Below are positions 24,200 through 34,848 of a stretch of 64,000 nucleotides of DNA, one piece after another. The notes below the pieces were generated by a model. It was not told the DNA's origin. It worked only from the letters and a program-made list of their open reading frames with translations, and ran no database searches. The stretch is from Rhizodiscina lignyota. Lineage: Eukaryota. Location of the stretch: the NCBI GenBank assembly GCA_010015805.1, contig ML978129.1, positions 1 through 64,000 of the forward strand, read 5' to 3'. The translations under genes were made by a program, and so were the position numbers. The first letter of the stretch is position 1; the number at the start of each line of letters is the position of its first letter.

Positions 24200-25587
24200 A
24201 CTCAAGTTCTTCTCCGACTTGCTTCAACCTGAGCGATCTGGCGAGATCGTTTCCCTTCAGAGTCCCCAAACGCAGGCTCTCATCGGTGTATTCGTGATCA
24301 AGCATATAAATTAGTTTGTCAGGCATGGAACCGTCGCGAATCTCATTGTTCCATTTGCGGAAAGTCCGGCGGAGTTGGGTGGCGTCGAAGAACTTGTCCG
24401 TTGCTGAAAGATGTTGGGAAGGGTTCTTATTCAGGAGGTTGTAGGTAAGAACCCAGCGATAGCCACTCGTCACCTCTTTCACTTCATGCTTGACATCAGA
24501 ATACCTGTACTTTGACTCAGCGGCAGAAGTGGCTCGATTCTGGACAGTATGACATACCAACATACGAAATATGGGCTCTCACGGCTGGACCACTCAGGCA
24601 GATACTTTGTTTTACCTGCATGAGAAGCCCGCACGGTCCCTCCACCGTACGAAGAAGACAAGCATACAACCAGAGTTCCAAACATTCCAGCGCATTTCTC
24701 AGTACTGAGATATTGTCAGCTCTTTGCAACTCCACATTATCGGGTACTCTTACTCTTGATGAGCTTTAAACATGGCGCCTTTCTCATATAATAGCATCTT
24801 GTATAGCTCTGCGTCCACTCTCGCACTACTGATCCCCATTTTCTTGCAGGCATTTTCCACTATGCTTGGAATCACTCGCTCCGTCCATGCTGGATTCTGT
24901 ATCTCAAATTCATCAGGATTCATCTCCCAGGTTCTACGGACCGAAACGTCGACAATTGTTTCGCTCCCTTTGCCAAACGGTGCCTGATGGCACTGGTCGA
25001 TCAATTCCAAGGCTTGATTTTCAGCAAGAGGAGATTGGAGAGGCCCAATACCGGGGACATGTATTTGAGGGTCGACTGCCTCATACAGCGCGTTTCGGGT
25101 TCGCAGTCGCCCCCCCTGCCAACAAAATATATCTTGTACTGCTGGCTCGAGCTTGATATAGCCAATAATATATTGCGGCCCATCGGGAGATTTACAGAGA
25201 TTTACAGAGATTTGCGGATTATATGCGAGTGGAACTAGTCCGATTAGACATGTCTTACGCACACACCATCCTCCTTTTAATCGACATAACGGTTATTGGT
25301 CAGATTAAGCTCGAGCCAGCCAGTCAAGATATATTTTGTTGGCAGAGGGAGGGGGGACGACTGCGAACCCGAAACGCACTGTATTCGCCAGAAGCAGCAA
25401 AGTCTCCAAAAGACCTGATACCCTCCAAATCAGCCAGCAGGTCATTTTGAAGGCCTTCTTCGAAATCGCTCAGGTCGCTCCCATGCTCCTGCGAAGCACA
25501 GTCCGAAGCCCGCTCGGAAGCATGGTCCTCGTTGGATGTTGCTGGAGTGCTGCCAAGGTCGATAATGTTCGTAAATGATGCTGCCAT
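24060..25587 (-). pseudogene. 2OG-Fe(II) oxygenase (prolyl-4-hydroxylase-like) gene, MITE-interrupted and 3'-truncated
   Basis: APFGKGSETIVDVSVRRTWE, LYKMLLYEKGAMFKAH-Q-D(TEK) across an intron, SDVKHEV and GYRWVLTYNL give the HxD...H...R motif set. Interrupted at 25084-25383 and coding similarity ends near 24060. Confidence 0.8.
25086..25381. mobile_element. Tc1/mariner-type MITE, 296 bp, TA target-site duplication
   Basis: Imperfect TIRs of about 85 bp (CAG[C/T]GCGTTTCGGGTTCGCAGTCG...GCCAACAAAATATATCTTG...CTGGCTCGAGCTT), flanked by TA at 25084-25085 and 25382-25383. No transposase. Internal GAGATTTACA tandem repeat. Confidence 0.92.
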
Positions 25588-26423
25588 AGTCAGGGCAGAT
25601 GTTCATCTAGAAAACGTTGTGGATCGAATGTTGAAGATCTCAAACATTCATGAGATATCGAAAGAAGTAATATACAGAAGGTTAGGGTTGCTGGGAAAGC
25701 TGAATGAAAAAAAGTGGTAGCCTGTTCATTCCACACTCGAACTGAATCCAATAATGATATCAGCAGTTCGAATTGTCACTACTTAATTGGAGGAGGGACA
25801 TACACATAAAACAATGTTGACTTCAGGTGCGTGGACACAACCTTAATTCTTGATGTAATTACATACGTCGGACGCGTGAGACGCGTATGGCCGAATACAC
25901 GCTAAAAGCGCCCACCCGCTGCTCCAGACTTAGAGTACCAATCCCAGCGCGCTTCCGTCACCCTAGATTCGATTCTTTGGGCTTAGCCTACCCAGGCTTA
26001 GGTGCAGCGCCCCCGGAAGTTGGGTGCCTTCGGCTTCTTTGATGAAGCACCTATGCCCATTAAGCAGCGTCTTCGCATTCTATCTGTCAACTTCAATGTC
26101 GCATTCAGCCCGGACGCAATGAAGTTTAGATTAAGCGGCATATTACATTGACGGCTCAGGACGTCGCTAGGAACACTACTCCGACATATAGGAACTACAT
26201 CAGATGATCGTGCCTTAAGCTCAGGATGAGGCTGTGCATGCAGCATGCACAAGTCGGAAGCCAATCCAAAGGGGTGAGGCGAAGTTCACGAAGGCACCAG
26301 CTTGGTTATGTACACCATCTCTTTTCTCTCTATTCTACCTGTCTTGTTCCTCTCAATTCAGAAGCATATAATGTCTTTAACGCTCGCAGTTTCCGGAAAA
26401 GAGTTTCATTCGCATGTGCGGCC

Positions 26424-29400
26424 ATGGACCCTCTCAGTGTCACAGCAAGCATAATCGCCGTCAGTCAACTCGCAGAGACCTTGCTAAAAACCGTGCGCGC
26501 AATAAAATCTGCATCAGAAGACCGCAAGTCTCTGGTCATAGAGATCAGCGCACTTCGTGGGATCTTAAACACCCTCCAAGAGACGCTTGACGATATTGGC
26601 GATGAGGAGTGGGCAACCACAACTCAACTGCTTAATGCACCCGACGGGCCGTTACCAACCTTGAAGACTGCCTTGGGAATGCTATTACAAGCACTAGGAG
26701 TGTGGTCGCCAAATGCGTCTTCCAACGGCAAAGTCTCTAAGCTTCGCAGTGCGGCAACTGCGTTGGTGTGGCCTTTCAAAGAAGGAGAGGTCAAGAAGCG
26801 ACTTGAAACTATTGGAAGGCAAAAGTCTCTTCTGAGTCTCGCTTTGGATAATGACCATCTTGCTTTATCCAGAGCAATCCGTGACGATACGCAGTCAATG
26901 CTTGGGAAGATCAAGAAGGTCGAGATGATGGTTGAGGGGGAGATCGACAAGACGCAAAGAGCCAGGAACGAAGAAATAAGTAGACGACTCCAAGAATCAT
27001 TCGAAGCCGCCTTGAAGTGGTTCGCTCCAGTGGATTACTTGGCGAAGCAAAAGGACGTCTTTCGACTCTATCTTGAAGGGACTGCTGATTGGTTCATGGA
27101 GCATTCGAGTTTTGTTAAATGGAAGCAAAGTGAACAGCGAACCCTGTTCTGCACAGGCATTCCTGGTGCTGGCAAGACTGTTTTGGCATCTGCGATTATC
27201 GATCATCTCACCCAAATCGCGGCCATAGACAAGAGTGTGGGAGTTGCATGGATATACTTCGACTATAAGCAACAGCAATCTCAAACGTTGGGAAACCTCC
27301 TTGCGGCATTATACATGCAACTCACGCGACAAACGCCCGAATTCATCGATGACGCTTCAAACCTAGTTATTAGCCTGCAGAGAAGCTATCGATCTGCATA
27401 CAGGCCGACTGTCAAGGAATGTGTCTCGGTTCTGGAACGAAAGATCGCCACTTTCGAGAAGGTGTTCTTCGTCCTCGACGCACTTGATGAGTGCGATAAG
27501 GATAGGTCGATCAGAGATGAATTCCTGGAAGAGATTCAGAACTTGGACAACAAAGTTCATATTCTGGTCACGTCGAGGGACGCCGCTGAGATCGACGATG
27601 CTACCGTGGAACGCATTGACATGAGTGCACCACCGGAGAGCATTGAGAAATATGCGTACCACCGAATGAACAATGATAGACATCTCAATAAGCACTGCAA
27701 TGGCGACACAGGCCTCCAAATGAGCATTAGCGATACTTTGAGGTCCAGAGCAAACGGGATGTTCTTGCTGGCAAAACTACACATGGATCTCCTCGAGAGA
27801 AAAGGAAGACGAAGTAAATGGGCTCTCAAAGAGTCCGCTAATACGCTCCCGGAATCATTGGATGAGACGTACTTGGAAACATTGAGACGCATATCGCAGC
27901 AAGATACTGAAGAAACGGCCCTAGCGATTCGGACGCTGTCCTGGGTCTACTTCTCACACGAGCCGCTCAGCATCCAAGCGTTTCAGTATGCTATGACTAT
28001 TGAGCCTGGAAATATTGAGATTCAGCAAGAGAAAATTGACGACCCGGAATACCTCTGTTCTTTATGTGGCGGATTGGTGATGCTCGACCAGGAGGCTAAA
28101 ATTGTCCGTCCTGTTCACGAAACTGCTCAGGACTATCTGCACCGGACGCGTGAGCAGCACCTCCCCGATGCACAATGGGCCATTGCAGCATCGTGCTTGA
28201 CATTCTTCCTCTCCGCGAAATCGTACACGGCTCCAAAATACACGCCGCCGAAGATTTTAGACCGTGGTGTTCGAGGGCCTCGACTTTACCGATATAGAGC
28301 CCTGGCCCACATAGCTTCCAATCCCTTTGCCAAGTATGCCGCAGATTACACAATCACTCATATTCACGAAGCGCCGGAAGCCTCAGTACTTGACTTGTTC
28401 CTGGAGCTGTTGAACAACGAATGCAAATTCCGTGGGCTCCTACTTGTTCAACCGCACGCAACATTCAGGTTTCGTAACGACTTTGACTGCGGCTATATCG
28501 GTAACATAGGAGCGCTACAGTTCGTCATGCTATATGGTTTTCAGCTCATGAGTGAAAGACTCATATCAACAAGTCAGGTTTCCGTCCTCGATGACCCCGA
28601 CTACAACGAGCAGACTCCACTGCATGTAGCAATATCGATGAGGCGACGAGAGCTGATCAGAATGCTTCTACAGCGTGGAGTGAACCCAAACCGACGCTCC
28701 AGATATTGCATTTCGGTTCCGGCACATTACGTTACCGTCCGCGCGGAGAACGTATGGTCATCACCATTGGAAGAGGCTTCATACACCAACGATACGGACA
28801 TGGTAGAATTGCTTAAAGTATATGGTGCGACAGCCTGGGTTTGTGGATTTGAACATCCTTACGACTCAAGTAGTTGGACTGGCGTCGAAGGGGTTCCGTT
28901 CATTTCCGATATTCCGGTCTCGCTGAGCGCGTACATGACATCCTCGGGACGCTCGCCAAAGAAAATTAAATCATATTTTCTGCCTCATCATACGAAAAGA
29001 GACTCTCCGATCAAATCTTTGGAATGGCTCACCCGATTGGAACCTCTGATCGAGCTACAGGATTACTCCCACATGTCCTCTGTTGATATCATTATGGCTT
29101 TCAATGAATCCGACGTGCTTCAGATAATACATACGAAAGAGTACCTTACCGATCAGCGCCACCTCGCAATTCTTCGAATGATCCTATTTCTGAGGCCGGA
29201 TATTAAGCTGGGTGGTGCCGACGCGGCTATTCTTTTCACTTACGCAGTAAAACATCGAAACCGAGAGATGATCGAATTGCTTGTTGATCGACAGCAAGAT
29301 TTCGATGGGACCTGCTGCGTCTCTTATCGCGCACTTGTTGAAGCCGTCGACGTTGGGCTCACGGATGTAGTCAGGCCTATCCTTGAGGCTGGCGCGAAAC

Positions 29401-29786
29401 ACATCACTACTAAGAGTCCGGAGCCCACGTTGTTATGGATAGCTTGCTTTTTTGGTCATGTCCAGATGATCCAAGTGCTCCTAGACATGGATTTCGACAT
29501 CGACAGTGTATTTTATATCGGTGGTCGCGTTCTTGGGACACCTCTACTCGCGGCAGCGTCGTCGGGCAAAATTGATGCCGTTCGAATGCTGACAGACCGT
29601 GGAGTAGACATCAATCTTGCTTGTTCACATATGGGAACAGCCTTGGAGGTCGCTCAATCGTTGGGAAGGACCGAGGTCGCTAACTTCCTTAGCAAACTGG
29701 GAGCTACAGAGAGCGGATCCGGATCGAGTATGACCCCAGAGTTGTACAAAAGCGCATATTCCCAAATCGCTGCTGGTGCAGGATGA
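26424..29786 (+). CDS. Fungal NLR: N-terminal helical STAND domain + NACHT + ankyrin repeats
   Basis: Intronless. Starts MDPLSVTASIIAV, with LVWPFKEGEV, P-loop GIPGAGKT, Walker B FFVLDALDEC, GMFLLAKLHMD and ankyrin repeats (QTPLHVA, GTPLLAAA, GTALEVA). Confidence 0.92.
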   Translation: MDPLSVTASIIAVSQLAETLLKTVRAIKSASEDRKSLVIEISALRGILNTLQETLDDIGDEEWATTTQLLNAPDGPLPTLKTALGMLLQALGVWSPNASSNGKVSKLRSAATALVWPFKEGEVKKRLETIGRQKSLLSLALDNDHLALSRAIRDDTQSMLGKIKKVEMMVEGEIDKTQRARNEEISRRLQESFEAALKWFAPVDYLAKQKDVFRLYLEGTADWFMEHSSFVKWKQSEQRTLFCTGIPGAGKTVLASAIIDHLTQIAAIDKSVGVAWIYFDYKQQQSQTLGNLLAALYMQLTRQTPEFIDDASNLVISLQRSYRSAYRPTVKECVSVLERKIATFEKVFFVLDALDECDKDRSIRDEFLEEIQNLDNKVHILVTSRDAAEIDDATVERIDMSAPPESIEKYAYHRMNNDRHLNKHCNGDTGLQMSISDTLRSRANGMFLLAKLHMDLLERKGRRSKWALKESANTLPESLDETYLETLRRISQQDTEETALAIRTLSWVYFSHEPLSIQAFQYAMTIEPGNIEIQQEKIDDPEYLCSLCGGLVMLDQEAKIVRPVHETAQDYLHRTREQHLPDAQWAIAASCLTFFLSAKSYTAPKYTPPKILDRGVRGPRLYRYRALAHIASNPFAKYAADYTITHIHEAPEASVLDLFLELLNNECKFRGLLLVQPHATFRFRNDFDCGYIGNIGALQFVMLYGFQLMSERLISTSQVSVLDDPDYNEQTPLHVAISMRRRELIRMLLQRGVNPNRRSRYCISVPAHYVTVRAENVWSSPLEEASYTNDTDMVELLKVYGATAWVCGFEHPYDSSSWTGVEGVPFISDIPVSLSAYMTSSGRSPKKIKSYFLPHHTKRDSPIKSLEWLTRLEPLIELQDYSHMSSVDIIMAFNESDVLQIIHTKEYLTDQRHLAILRMILFLRPDIKLGGADAAILFTYAVKHRNREMIELLVDRQQDFDGTCCVSYRALVEAVDVGLTDVVRPILEAGAKHITTKSPEPTLLWIACFFGHVQMIQVLLDMDFDIDSVFYIGGRVLGTPLLAAASSGKIDAVRMLTDRGVDINLACSHMGTALEVAQSLGRTEVANFLSKLGATESGSGSSMTPELYKSAYSQIAAGAG

Positions 29787-29846
29787 TTGTGGTCATGAGG
29801 ATCTAACGCGATTCTAAGTTTCATCTGTCTCTTGGAGATCCATTAT

Positions 29847-31765
29847 CTACAACAGTCCCATTGCACTGCAGTTGGCATCAATGATGCTGCCAGGGACCTC
29901 TTGTACGAGATCTCCATTAGATCCGAACAGTAGCATCGAGTCTGTCTTCGGGCTGTAATCAGGCCAAGCCCATTCATTCGGTAGACCATGCCCCAGAGAC
30001 GGTGGGATAGACGGATACGTCGCGAACGAGAGGTAGAGTGCTATATCATGTCAGCCAAGGCTCGATTCGCTGATTTAAATGCGAGGTAGGGTTAAAGTTG
30101 GGGTACGTTGTACTGTGAATTACAAGCAATACGAATCGCTGGGTTCTGTAAGACATACATTGCATAATATCACTCAATGCAAACTCGAAAGGAGTGGCTC
30201 GACCATGATATTCATCGAACGTGCCAAAAATCAATGGAAGCTCGGCTATTTTCGCATTAGCAATGACTATGTAGCTTAAGGGGTTTCGCTACTTACCGCC
30301 ATGATAGGCTCCCATCCATGGAAGTGGGCTGATATTCGAGAAATTGCCTCCGTATTGAAAACGGTACGTCGGCAGACCTGTGAGTGCTCGATTCCTGGCC
30401 ATCCAGTTAGCATTGTAAAACTTTCTATGCAGCCGATATCCAGAGGACCGACCGAACTTCTTGCGCAACGGGACACGCGATGACGCGTTGGGTTGCTGCA
30501 TAAAGAGCTGCAGGACCGGGACCGGCAAGAGTAAAGTTTATAAAATAAGCGCCCTCGTTGCTGTTACTTCCTAAAATTTGCGGCTATTTTGCCCCCAGTC
30601 AGATATCAAGTTTGTGGTCATGGACAACGATAAACTCACAAACTTGGCCACTTGACCTTTTAATGCCCGATCGGTGTAGTTCGCCCAAATAGTTTTGTTG
30701 TCAAGCACTGGAACGAAACTCAAAGCCGGTGTCGCATGGCTATTGATATAGTCGACTAGACTCTGTTCTAGCTTGGTCGCCGGAACTTTTCTCATGCAGT
30801 CTAACTCCGCAGCTCCGTTTGCATCGTCACAGCCTACCCGCTTAGCAAGGAAGGTGAAGTTTGTATGCTCTACGTCTTTGCTCCCAGAGATTTCGGCCGT
30901 TCCAGAGTCGCAAATCCCGCCGCTGATGATTGGGTCATCAGGATACGCGTAGCTATACATGTTGACACTGGCAGCGCCTGCTGAATGGCCCCAAAGCATT
31001 ATCCGTTTTGGGTCTCCACCGAAAGCTGCGCTATTGTCTCGCACCCATTCGACGCTAAGATGATTAGCGATGATCCTGTGGAGCACAATATGAGAACCTT
31101 ACGCAAGTCTCTGGTCGAGAAGGCCCACATTGTTATCGGTCAATGCTCGAGAGTTGGGAAAGCCGAAGACATTGACGCGGTAACTGTAACAGATGAGTTG
31201 CTTGTACCGTACTAAGCTGAAGCAGCTCATACTTAATCACGACCACTATATGGGCCTGAGTCCGCTGGACCCAAGGATATGGGACTTTCCACAGCGTATT
31301 AGCACCGCCAAAGATGAAGCCACCTCCTGGGAGGTAGATGAAAACCGGAAGCGATTCTTCCTTCGGATGCAGAGGGGCCCAGATGTTCGCATACAGGCAG
31401 TCCTCAGACTGTGCTCCGCTTATGAGCTGTTCTGGGACGATTTGGTTATAGATGTTTGGTGTGTTAGCAATTTGCTGAAAGCAAGAAGGTGCGAAGCTCG
31501 TAGCGCTGATGGTCCTTCCGACTCGCTGCTTAGGACTCGGCGGTGCAAAGCGAAGAGCTCCGACTGGAGGTTCCGCATAGGGGATTCCCAGAAACCAACG
31601 GACTGCTGGGGTAGTCTCATTGATGTATCCGTGAACGCGTCCGGACGTCGTTTCTACAACAAGTGGAGCGCCCAGGTTACGGCCCTTTCCATATTGAATT
31701 GCTTCACATGCACTACCTATGGCGACCAACAATACCGCAGTATTTAAAGGCCGAAACAGTAACAT
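29847..31765 (-). CDS. Secreted type-B carboxylesterase (cholinesterase-like alpha/beta hydrolase)
   Basis: Multi-exon model reads through: signal peptide, FLGIPYAEPP, SEDCLYANIW, GGGF, GHSAG nucleophile, NEG acid, YHG(A)EL His, and a final exon ending at the TAG at 29847. Confidence 0.85.
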
Positions 31766-32313
31766 CCTCATCTATATTCGAAACTGTACTGTCAGGTGAT
31801 CCTAGCTCTTGGCTCTTTTCAGAACGTTTTATTTCTTTGAAGCGCAAAGTGCCAATGGCTCTGCGATTCAACTCCAACGTAGTTGACGGCGGACGAGCTT
31901 GGTCCAGCTGTATATAGTTTCGTGACATCTTCCCAGATAGTCAACTGCCGAATGCCGCACCGGGAGAAATGCCGTGAAATTAAGTATTAACGATCAACTG
32001 GAATTGGCGTGCAGCGCGGAGAAAATGACCGTTAGGTTAGAAATGCAGGCTGGAGAGTTCGAGTGCGGGGACGCGGGGTTAGCCATTTTCATGGGGTATT
32101 CCAGTGCGAAAAGGGTGGATAAATAACTAAATAGACAAAAAAGCGGGGAATTAAACGAGTCAAGATGCGCTTGGGTATGGAAAGAACGGGAAAATCGAGA
32201 TCACGTTGGTGGTTGAAATGCTAATTGATTGTTGGCTCAAACGGAGAGTTACCTCCCACTCTTGGCAGAACATCGAATTATATCCAGAGCCATAGGTAAT
32301 TGTATTTCAATCG

Positions 32314-32800
32314 TCAGTCGTCAAGTCCACGAACGCTGTCTCTGCATTCCACTTCAGATTTGGCTTTGGCTTCGCAAAATATGCAGAAATGTGCGCGAAA
32401 TCTCTCGCATATCAGGGGGATCACTCCTTGGAGTACGAGTTCGTGCGGTTGGTTGGTCGGAGCCGTAGCAGCGCTGGATGCTTTTGCTGGTTGCAGTGGA
32501 GTATGACTGCTCATACTTGTTCTAGGAACGACTCTTGCGCCTGAGCTGGGGTTGCGTTGAGCGGATATTGGTGCGGTTGGCAGGTTCAGAGGGGCAGATG
32601 GAGCTGTCAATCGAACCATTGTCTGCTTCGCAATATTCTCGATCCCCAAGCATAAACTTCATATCTGTCAGCTCTTGAAGCCGCCAGAAGTGATATCCTG
32701 CTTCAGCTACTCTTTCATGCCAAGCAGCTTTTTCGTCGTGGAATGTCCTCGTTGTCTTCGTCACAATGAGAGTATGGAGATGATGGACGAATCAAATTGG
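32314..32800 (-). pseudogene. Second C-terminal fragment of the 2OG-Fe(II) oxygenase-family gene
   Basis: HTLIVTKTTRTFHDEKAAWHERVAEA...MKFMLGDREY resembles the extreme C-terminal region of the same family. Apparently frameshifted and lacking upstream exons. Confidence 0.4.
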
Positions 32801-33227
32801 GAGCTCCCGTAATGCTCCATAAACAATGCCCCGTATTCGTGCAAAAGAACAAGGAAGGTAGAACAAACAAGAAATCTTCCGATTCAATTGGGACTCCTGA
32901 AATGGCTAGACGAATGGACAAGTGAAAAGATGGTTCAATGGACCAATCGCGTGTCGGGACGCGCCATTTTCGCGCTAGTGTACCCCTGTTGATGGGTAGC
33001 TAATGATTGACCCTGCCCTGTTCGACTTAGGTAGCTTGTGAGTACTTCCATGAACAATAAGACAGACAATGCCGAGGTGAAAAATTCATTATTTGGTCTG
33101 TTTGGTAAGAATAGCCGCACGATTTTATTCTGTTTAGTAGGACCAGTTTGGTATCACGCGAGACATTACCCATTTCGAACCTGTATCGCCGTCCCAATGC
33201 CTTAGTCTTCATGAAAAGAGCTATTGA

Positions 33228-34355
33228 TTAGCTCCCGATGAACCATAGTTCAACGCCGAGGACCTCGAATTTCGTGCCTTCGTCACTTAGCGGTTCATTG
33301 CCGAATGTTGGACATGAGCTTGAGATGCCTCTCTCTAGACCATCGCCAAGCCAAAGCCCATAGTGCCCGTCTCTGTTTTAAAAAGTTAGCACTCGTTGCG
33401 AAGCTTGAGAATAACACAAAGCTCTGTACGCACCCCCCTCCAATACTCAAATATCCAGCTTCGCAGTAGATCAGGAAATCGTTCTCTCCACTGTACGGAA
33501 ACGCTTTGAACCGAATCGTGTCCGGAGTTGCCGTGCCACTCCTCACATCTCTACCTGATTCTGACGGAGCTTGCAGACCAGAACGTTTCGGCTGTGATAT
33601 CGTCGTCATTCGTTGGGCATTGGTAGTATCCTCGCTTGGTGGTGGAGGCAGCGAGGCTAACGTCGGCATAGAGGAGAGTATTGAAGCTCGCCAAAGGAAG
33701 CATTCGCCGTTGCCGAAGAAATGAGGTGCCGGGCGTGGCGCATCGCTAAGATATGATCCGAAGACCTGTTTCCATAATGTTAGCTTTCTGCTACCGATAT
33801 ATGAGCATTCAGGCAACTTGCATTTCCACTTCCGTCTCGCACTACTAGCACAAATCCACCTCTTTTCCCACGAAAGTCATCAGCTCGCTTGTATAGTGTC
33901 GCTAAACTGCTACCATCCTGATCCAGACTGTATACTAACTGCCACCGGTCTACTAATTGATTGCGCGGCGGGACAAGTAGCCTGATCTCTTCTGCTAACG
34001 CCTTGGTCAGAAGTTTAGCAGATTCCGTGGTATTGTATTTGTAGCCTTCGAGGGATAGCGCGGTCAACGGCGGAGGCTGAAATGGAGACGCAGTTCTTCG
34101 CGGCGGTGTGTAGAAGGCGCCATTCATCCCCGCGTCGTCTACGTTCGACGACTTGTGTGATGAATGTTTGGGAGACCCGCCGCGGAGAAGTGAGCCAGTT
34201 GGCTCGCTAGAGAGGCGACGGAGGATGCCTGAGACCGCCACGCTGACTGGATATGAAAAATACGATGAATTGTTCGACGATTGAGAGTCGCTTGGGTTGA
34301 GGTTGTCGGCGTCGTGGGAAGGTGGAGGGGAAGGCTTTAAGTCTGGGGAGGACAT
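33228..34355 (-). CDS. OXR1: Oxidation resistance protein 1 (TLDc domain)
   Basis: PFQPPPL, LAEEIRLLVP, WQLVYSLDQDGSSLATLY, FGNGECFLW, YLSIGGG and EVLGVELW. Two introns, the first GC-AG. Confidence 0.92.
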
Positions 34356-34848
34356 GCGCAAGAGTGCGGAGGGCGACCGATGTTTAAGTTTACCGTAACA
34401 AGTTTGAAACTGTCGGTACTGGAGACGCGCTGGAAGTTGTTGTGACAAGTTGTTCTGAAGAGTTGTGGGCCAATGACGAGCGATGCGCCGATTTCATGCA
34501 TGACACCGCGGCTTTGAAGTGGCTCGATCCCAGTTCTGGATGCTTGTATTTTTGGACTATTTACGATGCCGAGCGCCATATCATGCTGATTTAAATATTT
34601 CCACCAAAATCATATTGTAAACAGATCCTCTCGCATCCATATTCCTTTATCTGTCCAGGAATGCTTTTCGCCCTCAAAATTAAAGGCATCCAGCACATTC
34701 AACTTTTTACAAGGGTAACATATTCTAAAGAGTTAATTGGTAGGCAGTTGATTGCGGAAGCCTTCCATGGCAATGCTGCATAAAAGAATTTGTATAATTC
34801 CTATTCGTTGTCATGCATCTCGAGTGTGTGATCTCATTCAGAGCTAAT

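Noticed and set aside
25086..25381. MITE spliced out as an intron, leaving the oxygenase functional
   Set aside because: The element ends are not GT...AG on the coding strand, and the gene is also truncated at about 24060.
26226..26423. 66-aa N-terminal extension of the NLR ORF as a possible amyloid signalling motif
   Set aside because: No N/Q/G-rich HET-s/PP/sigma-like pattern. MDPLS at 26424 is the typical start for this domain.
29847..30600. Carboxylesterase appearing truncated in the ORF track
   Set aside because: Additional short exons with canonical splice sites supply the acid and His residues and a normal C-terminus.
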